DNA of 64,000 nt from a candidate division FCPU426 bacterium (GTDB taxonomy: Bacteria > Oederibacteriota > Muellerivitia > Muellerivitales > Muellerivitaceae): assembly GCA_963719085.1 (NCBI GenBank), contig CAVRAL010000005.1, forward strand, positions 1 to 64,000, written 5' to 3'. The position numbers and the translations under genes were made by a program. A model generated the notes under the pieces. That model did no database searches. It saw only the letters and a program-made list of their open reading frames with translations, and had not been told where the DNA came from. The stretch's first letter is position 1, and each line of letters begins with the position of its first letter. Positions 41,770 through 53,483 of this stretch are shown here, piece after piece.

Positions 41770-42997
41770 ATGTCGACCACCTTCGAATCACTCTGCAACG
41801 ACGTTCTCATGATCATCTTCGAGTATATCGGCGAAGTGAATCTCCTCCTCGACGGTTTTCTCAACCTGAACCAACGGCTGAACTCTGTTCTTTTCGACCA
41901 CCGCCTTCGCACATTCTGGCTGATCATTGCCAGTGACAGTGGTGCTGAGAAGCGAGATATACACTGTCTGAAACAACATCTCCGCTCACTCTGGCTAATT
42001 CAGAAGAACTGGTCACCTTCGTTATTTATTACGACGGTGCGTCTGCCCTCTCTTTGCCACCTGGTCATCTATGGACTCAACTTCGATAGTGTCAAGCTAT
42101 TATTTGCCAAAGCTGAGGATCACTACCCGAATCTAAAGTATTTAGTTGTGAACAACGCAGGTGAGTAGCCGAGACTCTCTCCCATTTTTAACTTAGTTCG
42201 AACCCAGCTCTTTCTCCATAGGTTACACGACAGAATACAAAGATTACTCCGAAACCGGCGCCGCCCTCTCAACTATCGTGTCCAATGCTCTTCAGCTAAA
42301 ATCACTGGCGTCACTTGAACTCACAGTTTACCGCAATCCATGCATTCTGAATATACCTGTCTTGGAACAACAGCAACAGCAATTCACTCTCCAGTACTTG
42401 ACTCTGACGGACCGATTCAAGATCGATAATCTCTTTCTCCTCTGCCAACAGCTACCTTTTCTCAAGCGACTCCAGCTGCGAGCTCAGCTGGGAGACGATG
42501 TATCTAATAATTTTACTCATATTCGTTCCGTGTTTTCGCTGAAGTGCAAGGTAAAACTGAACCTTGAACTAGTCTGGTTGAAGGCGCAGTTCAATCTACT
42601 CACACTGCTCCTTACGAACATGCCGAATCTCTACGACCTATACATTTTTGGCACTACTGCTCTTGACACTGTTCTTCTGATGAAGAAGTACCTTAGTGCA
42701 TACTACTGGAATGACACGCTGCTGGCACAGTTACCACGACTGAGAAAGCTAAAAGTGGATCTGAAGGCATATGGTATGTTGCTGCCTGCTGATGAAGAAA
42801 TGCTCGAACGGGAAATCATCGCTCCGTTTCGAAACGAACAGGAAAAATACCAGAAATTTCTTCTACGATTGTACCCTCGTTGTCTGGGAGAAGGTTATTT
42901 AAGCTACCTTCATTTACAATCTCAACAGAAGACTACTACAACTGGAAGAGACAGCTGGGTTGACGGCGACTACGTGCCAGATATATATATCGGATAA
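41770..42997 (+). CDS. F-box-like / leucine-rich protein (intron 42161-42221)
   Basis: N-terminal FESLCNDVLMIIFEYI F-box-like motif and LxxL-rich repeats. The GT-AG intron joins the two ORFs in frame. Confidence 0.7.
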
Positions 42998-44138
42998 ATG
43001 TAGTAGCTTTGTAGTGGTATAATTTCTAATAAAAATCAGCAAGAAAACTGTAGTAGTCTGAACTAGTAAAACAGAGAAAATGGTCTAGAGCTCAAGAAGA
43101 CCGCCACAGAAATATTTTTCTCCTTTTACTCTCTGCAAAATAAGTAGTACTGCTTGACATTCAACCTTTCTGATCTGAGAACCAAACTCACTTGATCAGC
43201 GACATAGATTTTAAACGAATGTACTGTTCTCTGGATCTTTATTTCATGATTAACATAAGTGGTTTCAAAAAACACATGGTTTGCAACCATGGCGAATAGG
43301 AACTAAAGCAAACGCTTGTGCTGTGTGGCTATTATTCGGGTGTGAAAAATAAGAATGTGTCGTACAATCGATGCCCACATGAGCAAGACAATGATTGTCT
43401 GCGCTCGACATTAAAGAAAACGAAATGTGAGGTGAGAACCCATGAGTTCGGAGGACGACTGAAAATTAGACAACAACTGCCACTGCTCAAATTTTTCGAA
43501 GCTAAACCAGGAACTTGCTTTCTAATCAACATTTTCTCACTCGATGGACGTATATGGGCCAATGAAGCGAATTCATGCCACAACAGAGACCGTCAGGACG
43601 ACGTTTTTTCTGTCCCGTCCCGTCCCATTTCTCGCAGGAAATTTTCTTGTCACATCGAGATCAATCATCACTTTTTGCTAACACATTGCCTCTCTACTTG
43701 GTTATTGTTTCCTCATTGAAGTCAAATCTTATCATTCATTTTCACACACAACCTGCACAAAAAAAAACTTGTCAATCATTGCAGGAGAAAAGACCATGAC
43801 TTTATATTCCGGGCACATCGAAGAAGATCATTTTCGAGTGAAGCTAATCGAAGGAGCACGGCGCTGTCCACTTCAGATAATGAAGAATCTATCTAGAAAT
43901 AAAATATAAGAAGAATTTTTACTAGCATTATTTAAGTGGATGGACAAAGCTAAATATCACAGATGTTTAACAGCAATAATATCAGTATTCTATTCCTCCT
44001 CCTGTATTAATAGTCATAAGACGTATTTATACATTTCTTTTCTTTCTATAATAAAAGAGCACGTGCACATACACGTGACTTTTTTCTCAATAAATAGTTG
44101 ATAAATAATAATCGATTATTTATTTTCCTCAACGAAAA

Positions 44139-45890
44139 ATGAAAAAGAGCTCAAAATGTTTTATGGATCCAAAGGAAAAATTGGTTAGTCATGAAGCACT
44201 TGAAGAATACAATAAGCAAATACGAAAAAAAAATAATTCTGGTGAAAAACGTTCACCACCACCTGATGATGATGGCATTAACGTGATTAGCATGGATAGT
44301 AATAGTTACCAACTGTCAACACCACAAGAAAAGAAGAAACCAAAGATAAATAGAGATTTATTATTAGTGAATAATTCTCGAAGTGGTAATCAAGGATTGG
44401 TACAACATCAGGCATCAAATGGATATAATAGCAGTAATGTGCAACAAGATGTAATTAATATATCGAACCAAGCACTATCATTTACAATTGAAAATAATTT
44501 CGCACCAGTGAAAATTGAATGCTCACCCCCTTTCCAACATCGTGAAGAAGCAAAAAGATTTATTGTGAATTTTTTCAAGGTTATAAACAATGAATTTCGC
44601 AAAGAATATCCAAAGAATCAATAACCGTTAGGTTTCCATCATTGGTGGATAGATACAGGTGGTAAAACATTATATGGTGTCACGAATGATGTCGATCTTT
44701 ATATCTATTTATGTGAAATCAAAAATTATCGGAACGAATCGACAATATCAAAATCGAACCAAATCCACCGAATCGACTTCCACCCCAAAACACAGTCATT
44801 ATTAAATTTGTATCAAATGAGATATGTAAAGAAGATATATCAAATGAGATCAAAAATTAAATATCATCAAGATTTGTAGTCGACGATATGATGGAAAAAA
44901 TGAGATCAAATAGTCGACATATCAGACTAGCATTGTATCAAAAGGATGACTATATTAAAATTATAAATGATGGTAAAATTGCATTACAAGGACAAATATT
45001 CGAAGTAGAAGAATATCTTCCGCCTCCAAAAATACTCATATGTTTTAAATACAATAAACCTGGTCATGTGAAGAAAACATGTGAATCACCTGTTGAATTA
45101 TGTCGAAGATGTGGCGAAAACAGAAATGATGGTAATAAACATAGTGAATGTAGTATCAAGTGTCGCCATTGTGACGGTGATCATATAGCGACAGACTGTA
45201 AATGTCCCTTGATATTAAAATTTCGGCAAGAACTACTTAATCGATTAAAACTGATCGAAATAAATTACCACCAAATATTAAACTTTTTATTCCGGTCGAC
45301 TGCAGAACGACGGGTGATCGAAATAGATACTTAACTCCTGTGAACAACAACGAAATTCAAAATCTTGTTCCATCTCAGCCTCCAATTATGAATCCATGGT
45401 TTGACAAACAATGCACAAACAATGAAACATCGTCTACAACTGACGCTGGTCAAATAGTGAAGGTCTTGCAAATGAGTTGCAGGAATGTAAAAAGAAGTTT
45501 GAGATTGAATATGTGAAAATCAAAAGTTCCTACGATACGCTAATGAAATCAATTCAGCAAGCATGGCTCATGTTGCAATAACAGGTTCAAGCACAAAACC
45601 AATATTTGTCACTCATGTCAACGATGATCAAGGACAATGTAGTAGCAATGAACCAACTATATAACACCGATAATAACGACATTCAATGAAATTATCAAAA
45701 TAAAGCTTGATGGAATAGACAGAAATAAAATAGAAATGTCTCAAACACTTATCAATTCGACATTAAACCATATGAAGAATTTAAATGATTCATATATTAA
45801 ACATGAGCAAAATCTAACAATGATCATGAATAAACAGGTGACAGTGTTTGAAACGGCAATGGACTCCTTCTTTCCGCCGATTAATGTGAA
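44139..45890 (+). pseudogene. Degraded gag-like ORF1 of a non-LTR retrotransposon
   Basis: Three tandem zinc-knuckle-like motifs (CFKYNKPGHVKKTC, CRRCGE...HSEC, CRHCDGDH...C), with multiple stops and frameshifts. No RT follows. Confidence 0.7.
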
Positions 45891-46242
45891 GTTGGTACAT
45901 GCGCGGCTTTGTTAAGTTTTTCTGGAGATTGTTATTCAAGCGTAGTTAATTTAACCAATACAGAATATGTAAAAAAATGTACTTCGAATTGGTTCTTTTG
46001 GTCTTATTCACTTAATAATATTATATTAATTATTGAAACAGAACTTACTCAACAACGTCATGATTATACAATTTCTCTTGATAATGAATGTATAGTGGGT
46101 GCTATTTTACATGTTTATCGAATCTTTAATAATCAAGGAACTGATGTAACAACGCGAGATAAAACACTTATAGAATATTCCGATTCAAATTATCAAATTA
46201 TCCGGTTGGTACATAAGTTCTGCACGTTTTTTTGTTCACCAA

Positions 46243-47101
46243 CAAAGGACGGGGGTGCATAAGGTCGAGCTGTTAGTTCATAGTGGAGTCGACGCAGAAT
46301 TTTACGGCGAATCTTTTGGTAATAAAATATAGCCTTTCTGAACGATTCTGGGTCACTTATACTCGAAATACTGAAGATGGGTCATGGCATGCCTCTACGA
46401 GAGCGGTACGAAGGGGCGAATTTTTCGGCGAAAAAAAGTTCAAGAAAACGTTTGAAACATACATTAGTCGACTCAGTTTTTGATGCTGATTCCAAATATG
46501 ATGTTTATTTGAGATCAACTGAGGGTTCTTCTGACCGAAAACCATGGAATATCAGTCAAAAATGTCAAAAATCAGGTCTCAAAAATAGTATGATTAGGAT
46601 TTGGTCAAGTGGCCCACTTTTTTAGATCCTAAAAAGTAGCTAGTTTTGTAGCCCTTCAAAAGCTCTATCGAATGGCATACAAAAGAATTGGGGTGGAAAT
46701 ACAGTTGTAATTCATATATGATAACAAAATGATAAAAATCTTGTTTTTTATACATACTGAACCTATTGTTTGATGTTTTTGACCTATTGGTCAACTTTTT
46801 TGGATTCTTAAAAATAGTCAGTTTTGTAGAGCTTAAAAAGCTCTATCGAATGGTATATAAAAGAAATGGGAAGAAAATATAATTGTAATTCATATATGAT
46901 GAAAAAATGAGAAGAATCTTTGAGAGTGTTATTGACTAATTAATGGGCCCTGATGGCACCTAAAATCTTATAGGAATACATTGTATTTAGCATCAAAATG
47001 ATCAGAAAGTCATAATCTATCAATTTATGTATGAATCAATTAGTTTTAATAGTGAAAATCAAAAGGGGCCAAAATACGTCCTTATGCGCCCCCGCCCTTT
47101 G
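46243..47101. mobile_element. Non-autonomous DNA transposon with 22-bp TIRs
   Basis: CAAAGGACGGGGGTGCATAAGG matches the reverse complement of CCTTATGCGCCCCCGCCCTTTG with 2 mismatches. There is an internal direct sub-repeat (AAAAGCTCTATCGAATGG at ~46657 and ~46836) but no clear TSD. Confidence 0.7.
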
Positions 47102-47253
47102 AGAGCATACATGCCACACAGCTGAGAACAGGAAGAAAAAAAATGAACAGTTAATGAGAAAATAAACAAGAAGAATTTCAGCTTTTGTCGAATCAGAGTA
47201 AGTTTCGCCAAACTATAGGATCATGATCAATTTCTACTTCTGAAGAATCATCA

Positions 47254-47898
47254 TCAGTTTCTACTTCGGTAAGACCATGATCGATTTCTACCTCTATAGG
47301 ATCGTCCATAAATTTCTACTTCTATAGAATCATTTAGAGTATTATGATTGTTATGTGAAAAACGACGACCGCCTCCGAGAAAGAATATATCAAAGGCCAC
47401 GCCCAAAAACAGAAGTATCCCAGTACCATGAAGAAATGTATTTACATTATAATAAAAACAATTATCACGATAAATACCATTTGTAATAAAGACGAAGATA
47501 AATACGGAAATGATCCATAAAACCCAGACAAGAATACGACTGTACTTTCCATTCACCGAGAAAAGTTCTCGAATAGTATAGATCTGTAGTATGAATAGGG
47601 CTTATTTCAGATAAATAGGGCTACCCAGAAGATAATAATGAGTGAGACAGTTTTTCAGTTGTTCATGTTTCGTTGATTGTATAGAGCAAAGACAATCTTC
47701 ATAAGGAATACCACAAAGTAAGTCAACTGTAATTAACTTCAAATTTGGCGTCCGCGAACGAAGAACCGATTCATAAGCGTCGTCTATAGTCTTTTGAAAT
47801 GAAGCGTACAAAAAAATGGTGCTGTTAAAAATGATGGAAACAAAAATTTGAGCGCGAAATGATTCTATGGCGAGCGGAATGCCAAATTTGATTTCCAT
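47254..47898 (-). pseudogene. Uncharacterised membrane protein ORF interrupted by one in-frame TAA (47602-47604)
   Basis: The two track ORFs are in the same frame, 45 nt apart, and contain hydrophobic segments. Confidence 0.45.
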
Positions 47899-48840
47899 AT
47901 TGATATTTGTTCGATTTCAATAATAATCCAATTGAAAGAGTATTCAACTAATCTAATGAATATATATCTGAAATAAAACATGAAAAATATTTAGAGACGA
48001 TTGATAAAACAAAAGATGCTTTAATGCATCAATCAGAATCAATATTAAACCTAATTCTCATTTATCTTTAGCCTTTTTTCTTGTTTAACGTTCAAATATA
48101 AATCGCATAATGAAAAATAGATAATACGAAAACCAAAATGACAAGAAAAGAATGTTGTTCGCGATCGAATATCGATATTAGCAGAATAATTTGATGTAAA
48201 TATTAAAGGTAATAGCAAAAAAATCTATGAAATTAGTTGAAAAAACTAATTTCGTTTAGAAAATTTCCATCGAAAGAGTAATACATACACACTGATTTTA
48301 TCCAACTCTAGGTGAAAAGACATGCCGTAATTATTCGATTGGAATATATTGTCATCGAACACATTATAAACATAATTCTTATACATTGTAGGAAAAATAA
48401 TAAGAATAAACTATGAGATTTTTATCGAAACTTACTTTTATAGATCCAGATTTATGTAATACTCAAACAACTAATGCACATCTATATTTTATGTTCATTT
48501 CATTTAGATAAAAAATAAGAAGGTTTAACTTGATATATTGACCATCAGTTAACATCTGCTTATTTAAACCGCTTTAGATTGCCTTTAGAATAGAGTTATT
48601 CATCATTTTAAAGATGATAAAACATTAAATGATCGATATCATTGAAAGATATGGTAAAAAACAACGTCAAGAAAAAGAAAAATGGAGCACAATAAATACA
48701 TATTTCGTTTTGAAATATTAACAGATTCTCATCACATTAAAGTGAAGCAGTGTGTATATGTTTCATCATGACAAATATATTTTCATAAGAAAAAGAATGA
48801 AAATGCTTTAAAATTGTTAACGAAGAAATATTATGTAAAA

Positions 48841-49882
48841 CCACCACCAAAATGCCTTCTTCCAATAATTTGGCGGACATGGCGACCGCCTTTTCGTTGT
48901 CGCCCACCATCACGGGAATAATCGGGCTCTCGCCCGCCGGAACCTCAAAACCCAAACCCTTTAACCCATTGCGGATTTTGTCCGCGTTCTTCTTTAGCTT
49001 TTCCACCCGGTCCGGTTCCTCTTCCAAAACTTCCAGGGCGCCTAAAGAGGCCCCGCAAACCGAGGGCGGCAAACCCGTGGTATAGATAAAAGTCCTGGCC
49101 TTATTTAAAAGGATGTCGGTCAGCAATTTAGAAGCGCAGACAAATCCGCCGATGCTTCCCAAGGCCTTGCTATAGGTTCCCATGACCACGGTTGGAAGCG
49201 TCCTCAAGGGAAAATGATGGGCCGCGCCGCGCCCGCCCACCCCTAAAACCCCCGTTCCATGGGCGTCGTCGATTAAAACCATGGCGTCAAACTCAGCGGC
49301 CAAATCCATGATGCCTCCCAAAGGAGCCAAATCCCCGTCCATGCTGAATAAAGAATCGGTCACAATCAAGCGCCTGCGGTAATTGCGGGCGCGTTCCAAA
49401 CAGCTTTTTAAATCATCCAGGTTTAAATGCTCATAGACCAGCAGTTTGGCTTTCGACATCCGGCAAGCGTCGACCAAGCTGGCGTGGTTGAGCCGGTCGC
49501 AAAGCACCGCGTCCTCATCCCCCACCAGCGCCGAAACAGCGGCTAAATTGGCCATATAACCCGTGGGAAAAGCCAGGCAGGATTCGGTCCCTTTAAAGAG
49601 GGCGGTTTTTTCCTCAAGCAAATCATGGATGGGAAAGTTGCCCGACACCAGCCGGGAAGCCTGCGCCCCGGCGCCATAGCGGTCCAAAGCCTGGTGGGAC
49701 ATTTTGAGCACGCGGGGATGGTCGGATAAACCCAGATAATTATTGGCGCAAAAAAGGGTGCAGTCTTGCCCGTTGACGCGGGCTTTCGCGCCGCCCAAAA
49801 GATCGACGGTGCGCAATTGACGCTTCAGGCCTTGGGCTTCCCAGTCCTTCAACTCTTGTTCAAGTTCCGCCATCCAATCCAA
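48841..49882 (-). CDS. bioF: 8-amino-7-oxononanoate synthase, 3'-truncated at the eukaryote/bacterium junction
   Basis: NNYLGL, ASRLVSG, DRLNHASLVDA, DSLFSMDGD, DDAHG and GTYSKALG motifs. The reading ends at EEGILVV, without the usual IRPPTVP...RLR tail. Confidence 0.9.
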
Positions 49883-49892
49883 GCGGTTCCCC

Positions 49893-50357
49893 TTAAACGA
49901 AAGTGAGTTCGAAAAAGTACTCGGCGTCCGGTTCGTCGTTGTAACGGGGAATCAATCGGAACCCGTATTTTTTGAAAAGGTGGATGGCCGCGGGGGACTT
50001 GGAGTTGGTGTCCAACCGAAGTTTTCTAAACCCGAAAGTAGGGGCGCTTTGGATGACTTTTTCCAAAAGCATCTTGCCTTGGCCCTTGCCGCGTTTGTTC
50101 GAGTCGACGAAGAAGCGCTTAATCTCGCCCGTGCGGTCCTCAATCCAGCGAAGCGCGATGGTGCCGACGATTTTACCGTGATCCCGCAAGACCCAAAAAT
50201 CCCCGGTTTTCTGGTAGAACTCCGGGATGCGCCGCAGGTCCGATTGGCCGCCCTCGAGGTCGAGCTCAATCCCGATTTCCCGGAAAGGGCCCTCCAGAAA
50301 GGTTTCCAGTTCTTTTTGAAATTCCACGCGATAGGGTAAGCATTCCATAGGTTTCAA
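49893..50357 (-). CDS. GNAT-family N-acetyltransferase
   Basis: EIKRFFV, RGKGQGK acetyl-CoA motif and AIHLFKKYGF. Confidence 0.9.
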   Translation of the reverse strand: MKPMECLPYRVEFQKELETFLEGPFREIGIELDLEGGQSDLRRIPEFYQKTGDFWVLRDHGKIVGTIALRWIEDRTGEIKRFFVDSNKRGKGQGKMLLEKVIQSAPTFGFRKLRLDTNSKSPAAIHLFKKYGFRLIPRYNDEPDAEYFFELTFV

Positions 50358-51553
50358 CCTTTAGAAAAAATAACCGCGCCCAACTGTCCCCCGATGCCGT
50401 ACGACAGGGACATCACATGTTCCCAATTTCCCGTCACGCCGCCCGGCGGCACATGCCGCACCCGGCATTCCGGATCAGGGTCTTTCAGGTTCCGGGTCAC
50501 CGGAGCCCGCCCGCGACTGACAGCCATCGCCGTGAAAACCGCTTCCACGCTGCCGGCCGCCCCGAGCAAATGGCCCGTGGCGCCTTTGGTGGAACTCACC
50601 CAAACCGAACGCGCGCCAAAAACCTCAGCGAGCGCTTCGGACTCTACTTTATCATTGGCCCGGGTCCCAGTTCCATGGGCGTTAATATAACCGATATTTT
50701 CCGGTTTAAGTCCGGCCCGGCTTAAGGCCCGCTGAATGACCCCTATGATAGAACGACCCCGGGGTTCCAGTTCCAAAATTCCATCCCCGTCGGCGCCCAA
50801 GGCCCAGCCCGTCATCCGGACTAAAGGAGTCGCTCCCCTCCCCAAAGCCGAACTTTCCGACTCTAAAACCATCGCGCCGCACCCTTCCCCCAATAAAAAA
50901 CCATCTCGGCAAAGATCAAAAGGCCGTCCACCCTGGGGATTTGAGGTCAAAAGCCCCATTTGGGCGAAACCAGCCAGAACCAGGGGATGGATGGAAGATT
51001 CGGTGCTGCCGGCTAAAACCGCCCCGCAGGATCCCCGCTCAATCCAATCGGCGGCCTGGATCAAGCTGGCCAGCCCGGTGGCGCAAGCGGCCGAGAAAGA
51101 CAAGGCGGGACCTTTAAATCCAAGCTGTTCCCGCAGGAAAATTCCGGGCGTGGAGGGAAAAAAATCTTGAAGAAAATTGAGCGGGGGCGCCTGCCCCCGC
51201 TCCAAATCTTCCCGGGCCCGAAGCAGGCTTAAGAGCCCGCCTTTGCTGGAAGAAAAAGTCGTCCCGACCGCCGCGGGGGAAACTTGGCCCAGCGCGGCTT
51301 GGTCCCAAGCCTCCTGGGCCGCCAACGCCGCCAATTGAAGGGAGCGGTCCCGCGGCGAGGTCCCCCCAGGCGGCGTGAAGGACGGCACCCGGGCCGCTCT
51401 TGGCGATTTAAATTTCAGCCACTCGGGGCCGGATAAACGCTCACCTTCCGCGCCCATCCCCTCCATTAGCGCATCCCAGCTTTGGGCCGCGTTCAACCCC
51501 ACGGGGCAAACCACTCCCCAACCCGTCACCACCAAGGCCGCGTTTACAGCCAT
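50354..51553 (-). CDS. fabF: Beta-ketoacyl-ACP synthase II-like (FabF family)
   Basis: Cys-His-His triad in AACATG, NAHGTGT and GHLLGAAG, plus RPFD...DGFLLGEG. Confidence 0.85.
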   Translation of the reverse strand: MAVNAALVVTGWGVVCPVGLNAAQSWDALMEGMGAEGERLSGPEWLKFKSPRAARVPSFTPPGGTSPRDRSLQLAALAAQEAWDQAALGQVSPAAVGTTFSSSKGGLLSLLRAREDLERGQAPPLNFLQDFFPSTPGIFLREQLGFKGPALSFSAACATGLASLIQAADWIERGSCGAVLAGSTESSIHPLVLAGFAQMGLLTSNPQGGRPFDLCRDGFLLGEGCGAMVLESESSALGRGATPLVRMTGWALGADGDGILELEPRGRSIIGVIQRALSRAGLKPENIGYINAHGTGTRANDKVESEALAEVFGARSVWVSSTKGATGHLLGAAGSVEAVFTAMAVSRGRAPVTRNLKDPDPECRVRHVPPGGVTGNWEHVMSLSYGIGGQLGAVIFSKG

Positions 51554-52272
51554 CCCGGAATCCGGGAATCCAAATTAAAAACCTGGCCCGAAATGGACCG
51601 GCTTTGGGCCAGCCAAAGCATAAACTGCTCCACTTCGCGCAAATCAGTCGTCGCGGGCAGAAGATGCCGGGAGCGGATCGCCTCTTCCGCTTCCGGCGTC
51701 AACCCGTCCGATAACCGGGTTTTATGAAAACCGGGGCAAACCACGTTGACCCGGATATTTTTAGATCCATATTCCCGGGCCAGGCTTCGGGCCAAACCAA
51801 TCAAACCGGCCTTGGCGGAAGCGTAGGAAACTTGCCCCGGATTACCCGTGGTGGCCACCACCGAGGAAATAAAAATAAGGTGGCCTCCCTGGCGCAGCAT
51901 GGGCTTTAGGCAGGCTTTGGAAATCAGGAAGGAAGCCTTCAGGTGGACGCCTAAGGTGGCGTCCCAATCCGCCTCGTCCACATTCATCACCCGGGCGTTG
52001 CGGGTGAAACCCGCGTTATGAATCACGCAATCGATGGTGGAAAAGCGATCCCGGGTGGCCGTCACCCAAGCGTTCACCTCACCGCTTTGGGTGACATCGG
52101 CTTTGAGGACCAAAAAATGGGGAGTAAGTTTCGCCAGCTGGGTTTTGGCTTCGGCGGCCGAAGCCTCATCCTCATGATAACAGGTGGAGACGGCCCATCC
52201 CGCGGCGGCGAAAGCCCGGATCAATGCCCATCCAATTCCCCGGGTGCCCCCTGAAATTAATAGAACCGGCAT
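51544..52272 (-). CDS. fabG: 3-oxoacyl-ACP reductase-like SDR (FabG family)
   Basis: SGGTRGIG, HNAG, YASAK and VCPGF motifs, with a GGAG RBS upstream of the ATG at 52272. Confidence 0.8.
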   Translation of the reverse strand: MPVLLISGGTRGIGWALIRAFAAAGWAVSTCYHEDEASAAEAKTQLAKLTPHFLVLKADVTQSGEVNAWVTATRDRFSTIDCVIHNAGFTRNARVMNVDEADWDATLGVHLKASFLISKACLKPMLRQGGHLIFISSVVATTGNPGQVSYASAKAGLIGLARSLAREYGSKNIRVNVVCPGFHKTRLSDGLTPEAEEAIRSRHLLPATTDLREVEQFMLWLAQSRSISGQVFNLDSRIPGWL

Positions 52273-52319
52273 CGCCCACTCCAAAAATTAAAATTCACAA
52301 GCTCAATCTTATACGCGTT

Positions 52320-52491
52320 CATGCCCCGGGATTCCATGTTGAATTCATAGATACCCGGAACAATGCCGCTTTTCCCCTAACTACGATATGGAGAAGCGAC
52401 GCGAACGCGGATGAACGCGGATTAGAATAAACATTTGTTTAAGTCGTTTCACATCGGCGTTCATCTGCGTCCATCATTGTAAAATTGATTT
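52320..52491. repeat. Intergenic dispersed repeat, copy A (inverted relative to 56534-56693)
   Basis: The core CCCCTAACTACGATATGGAGAAGCGACGCG matches the reverse complement of copy B. Internal palindrome GCGGATGAACGCGGAT...ATCGGCGTTCATCTGC. Confidence 0.85.
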
Positions 52492-52540
52492 TGGGCCTTT
52501 TAGGTTTTCGGATGAAAAATGTAGACGTCGGGAAAAGACT

Positions 52541-52828
52541 TCAACTTCCCCCGGAGAAGGCCTGGGAGAAGAGCGCCGCCAAAGCGATGGTTCCAACCAG
52601 AACAAGGGCCACCAAAACCGCCACCGGAAGCACGACCCAGACTAAAAAGCCGATAAAAAGGCAGGCGCGGCCGACCTGCCGAACCTCCCGGGAATCCTGG
52701 TCATAAAGAAAAAGACCGATCAAAATTCCGCAAAAGGGAATGAAGAGCGACAATCCGTACCAAGCCCATCGGTTGGACGTCACCAGATTCGGTTCGGTTT
52801 GGGTTTTCGCCAAGGAAATTTTTCGCAT
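52541..52828 (-). CDS. Small membrane protein (two predicted TM segments)
   Basis: 95-aa hydrophobic ORF directly abutting the upstream gene. Confidence 0.7.
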   Translation of the reverse strand: MRKISLAKTQTEPNLVTSNRWAWYGLSLFIPFCGILIGLFLYDQDSREVRQVGRACLFIGFLVWVVLPVAVLVALVLVGTIALAALFSQAFSGGS

Positions 52829-53356
52829 TTAAAACACCTTAAACATCAGGCTGAAAAAAACGACCAGCACGGCGAAAATCGAAAAAGGCAAAAACACAAA
52901 AAGAACCGCGGTCCACCGGGAACACCGCAAAACCCGCTCCATGCCCCAGACTTGAAAAAGCACCGTCGTCAGCGATAAAAGTTTGCCGAACCAGCCCCCC
53001 AAACCTAAAAACAGCAACCCCGCCGACGAATAACCCACCATCAGGCGTAAAAGGGAAAAGGGAAGATTTTCTTGGAGTAAAAAAGCGCAAAGCTGGATAA
53101 AGGCGGACCAAACATAAACCCAGGCCATTAAAACGACCGGCATCACCACCAGCATTAAAAGGGTCACCAACGCCACGATCGCCGGCGAACTGCTGGCAAA
53201 AGCTTCCGAGATCCCGAGCTCCAAAGCGATGCAAACACCCGTCAGGGCCGCGAATTCCAAGGCCTTGGGCAAGCTTGATTTTTGAAGGGCTTCGTCAAAA
53301 AAACGCCCCGGCCGCGTGTAAGCCAATTTGACTTGATCGATATAAGCGTTGAACAT
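52829..53356 (-). CDS. Yip1-like multi-pass membrane protein
   Basis: N-terminal RPGRFF motif followed by about five hydrophobic helices. Confidence 0.65.
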   Translation of the reverse strand: MFNAYIDQVKLAYTRPGRFFDEALQKSSLPKALEFAALTGVCIALELGISEAFASSSPAIVALVTLLMLVVMPVVLMAWVYVWSAFIQLCAFLLQENLPFSLLRLMVGYSSAGLLFLGLGGWFGKLLSLTTVLFQVWGMERVLRCSRWTAVLFVFLPFSIFAVLVVFFSLMFKVF

Positions 53357-53417
53357 GGCTTAGAGTTTAACATAAACCCACGCGGGTGAAATGACTTTCC
53401 CGGACGGCGACCGCCTT

Positions 53418-53453
53418 AAAATAAAAATCCCCGGATCCTTTTGAACCCGGGGA
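53418..53453 (-). terminator. Rho-independent terminator
   Basis: TCCCCGG/CCGGGGA stem followed on the minus strand by a T-tract, downstream of the acidic ORF. Confidence 0.7.
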
Positions 53454-53483
53454 CTAAGGCGTTAGGCGGAAGGCGAAGTTGGC

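Noticed and set aside
48737..48840. C-terminal ~34 aa of the 381-aa bioF ORF as a genuine fusion domain
   Set aside because: It is read-through into AT-rich eukaryotic DNA past the junction and bears no resemblance to the BioF C-terminus.
48841..49882. Serine palmitoyltransferase call for the oxoamine synthase
   Set aside because: The motifs (ASRLVSG, GTYSKALG, N-terminal LKRQLR) fit BioF better, and the adjacent GNAT is a small single-domain protein. Kept only as a minor alternative.
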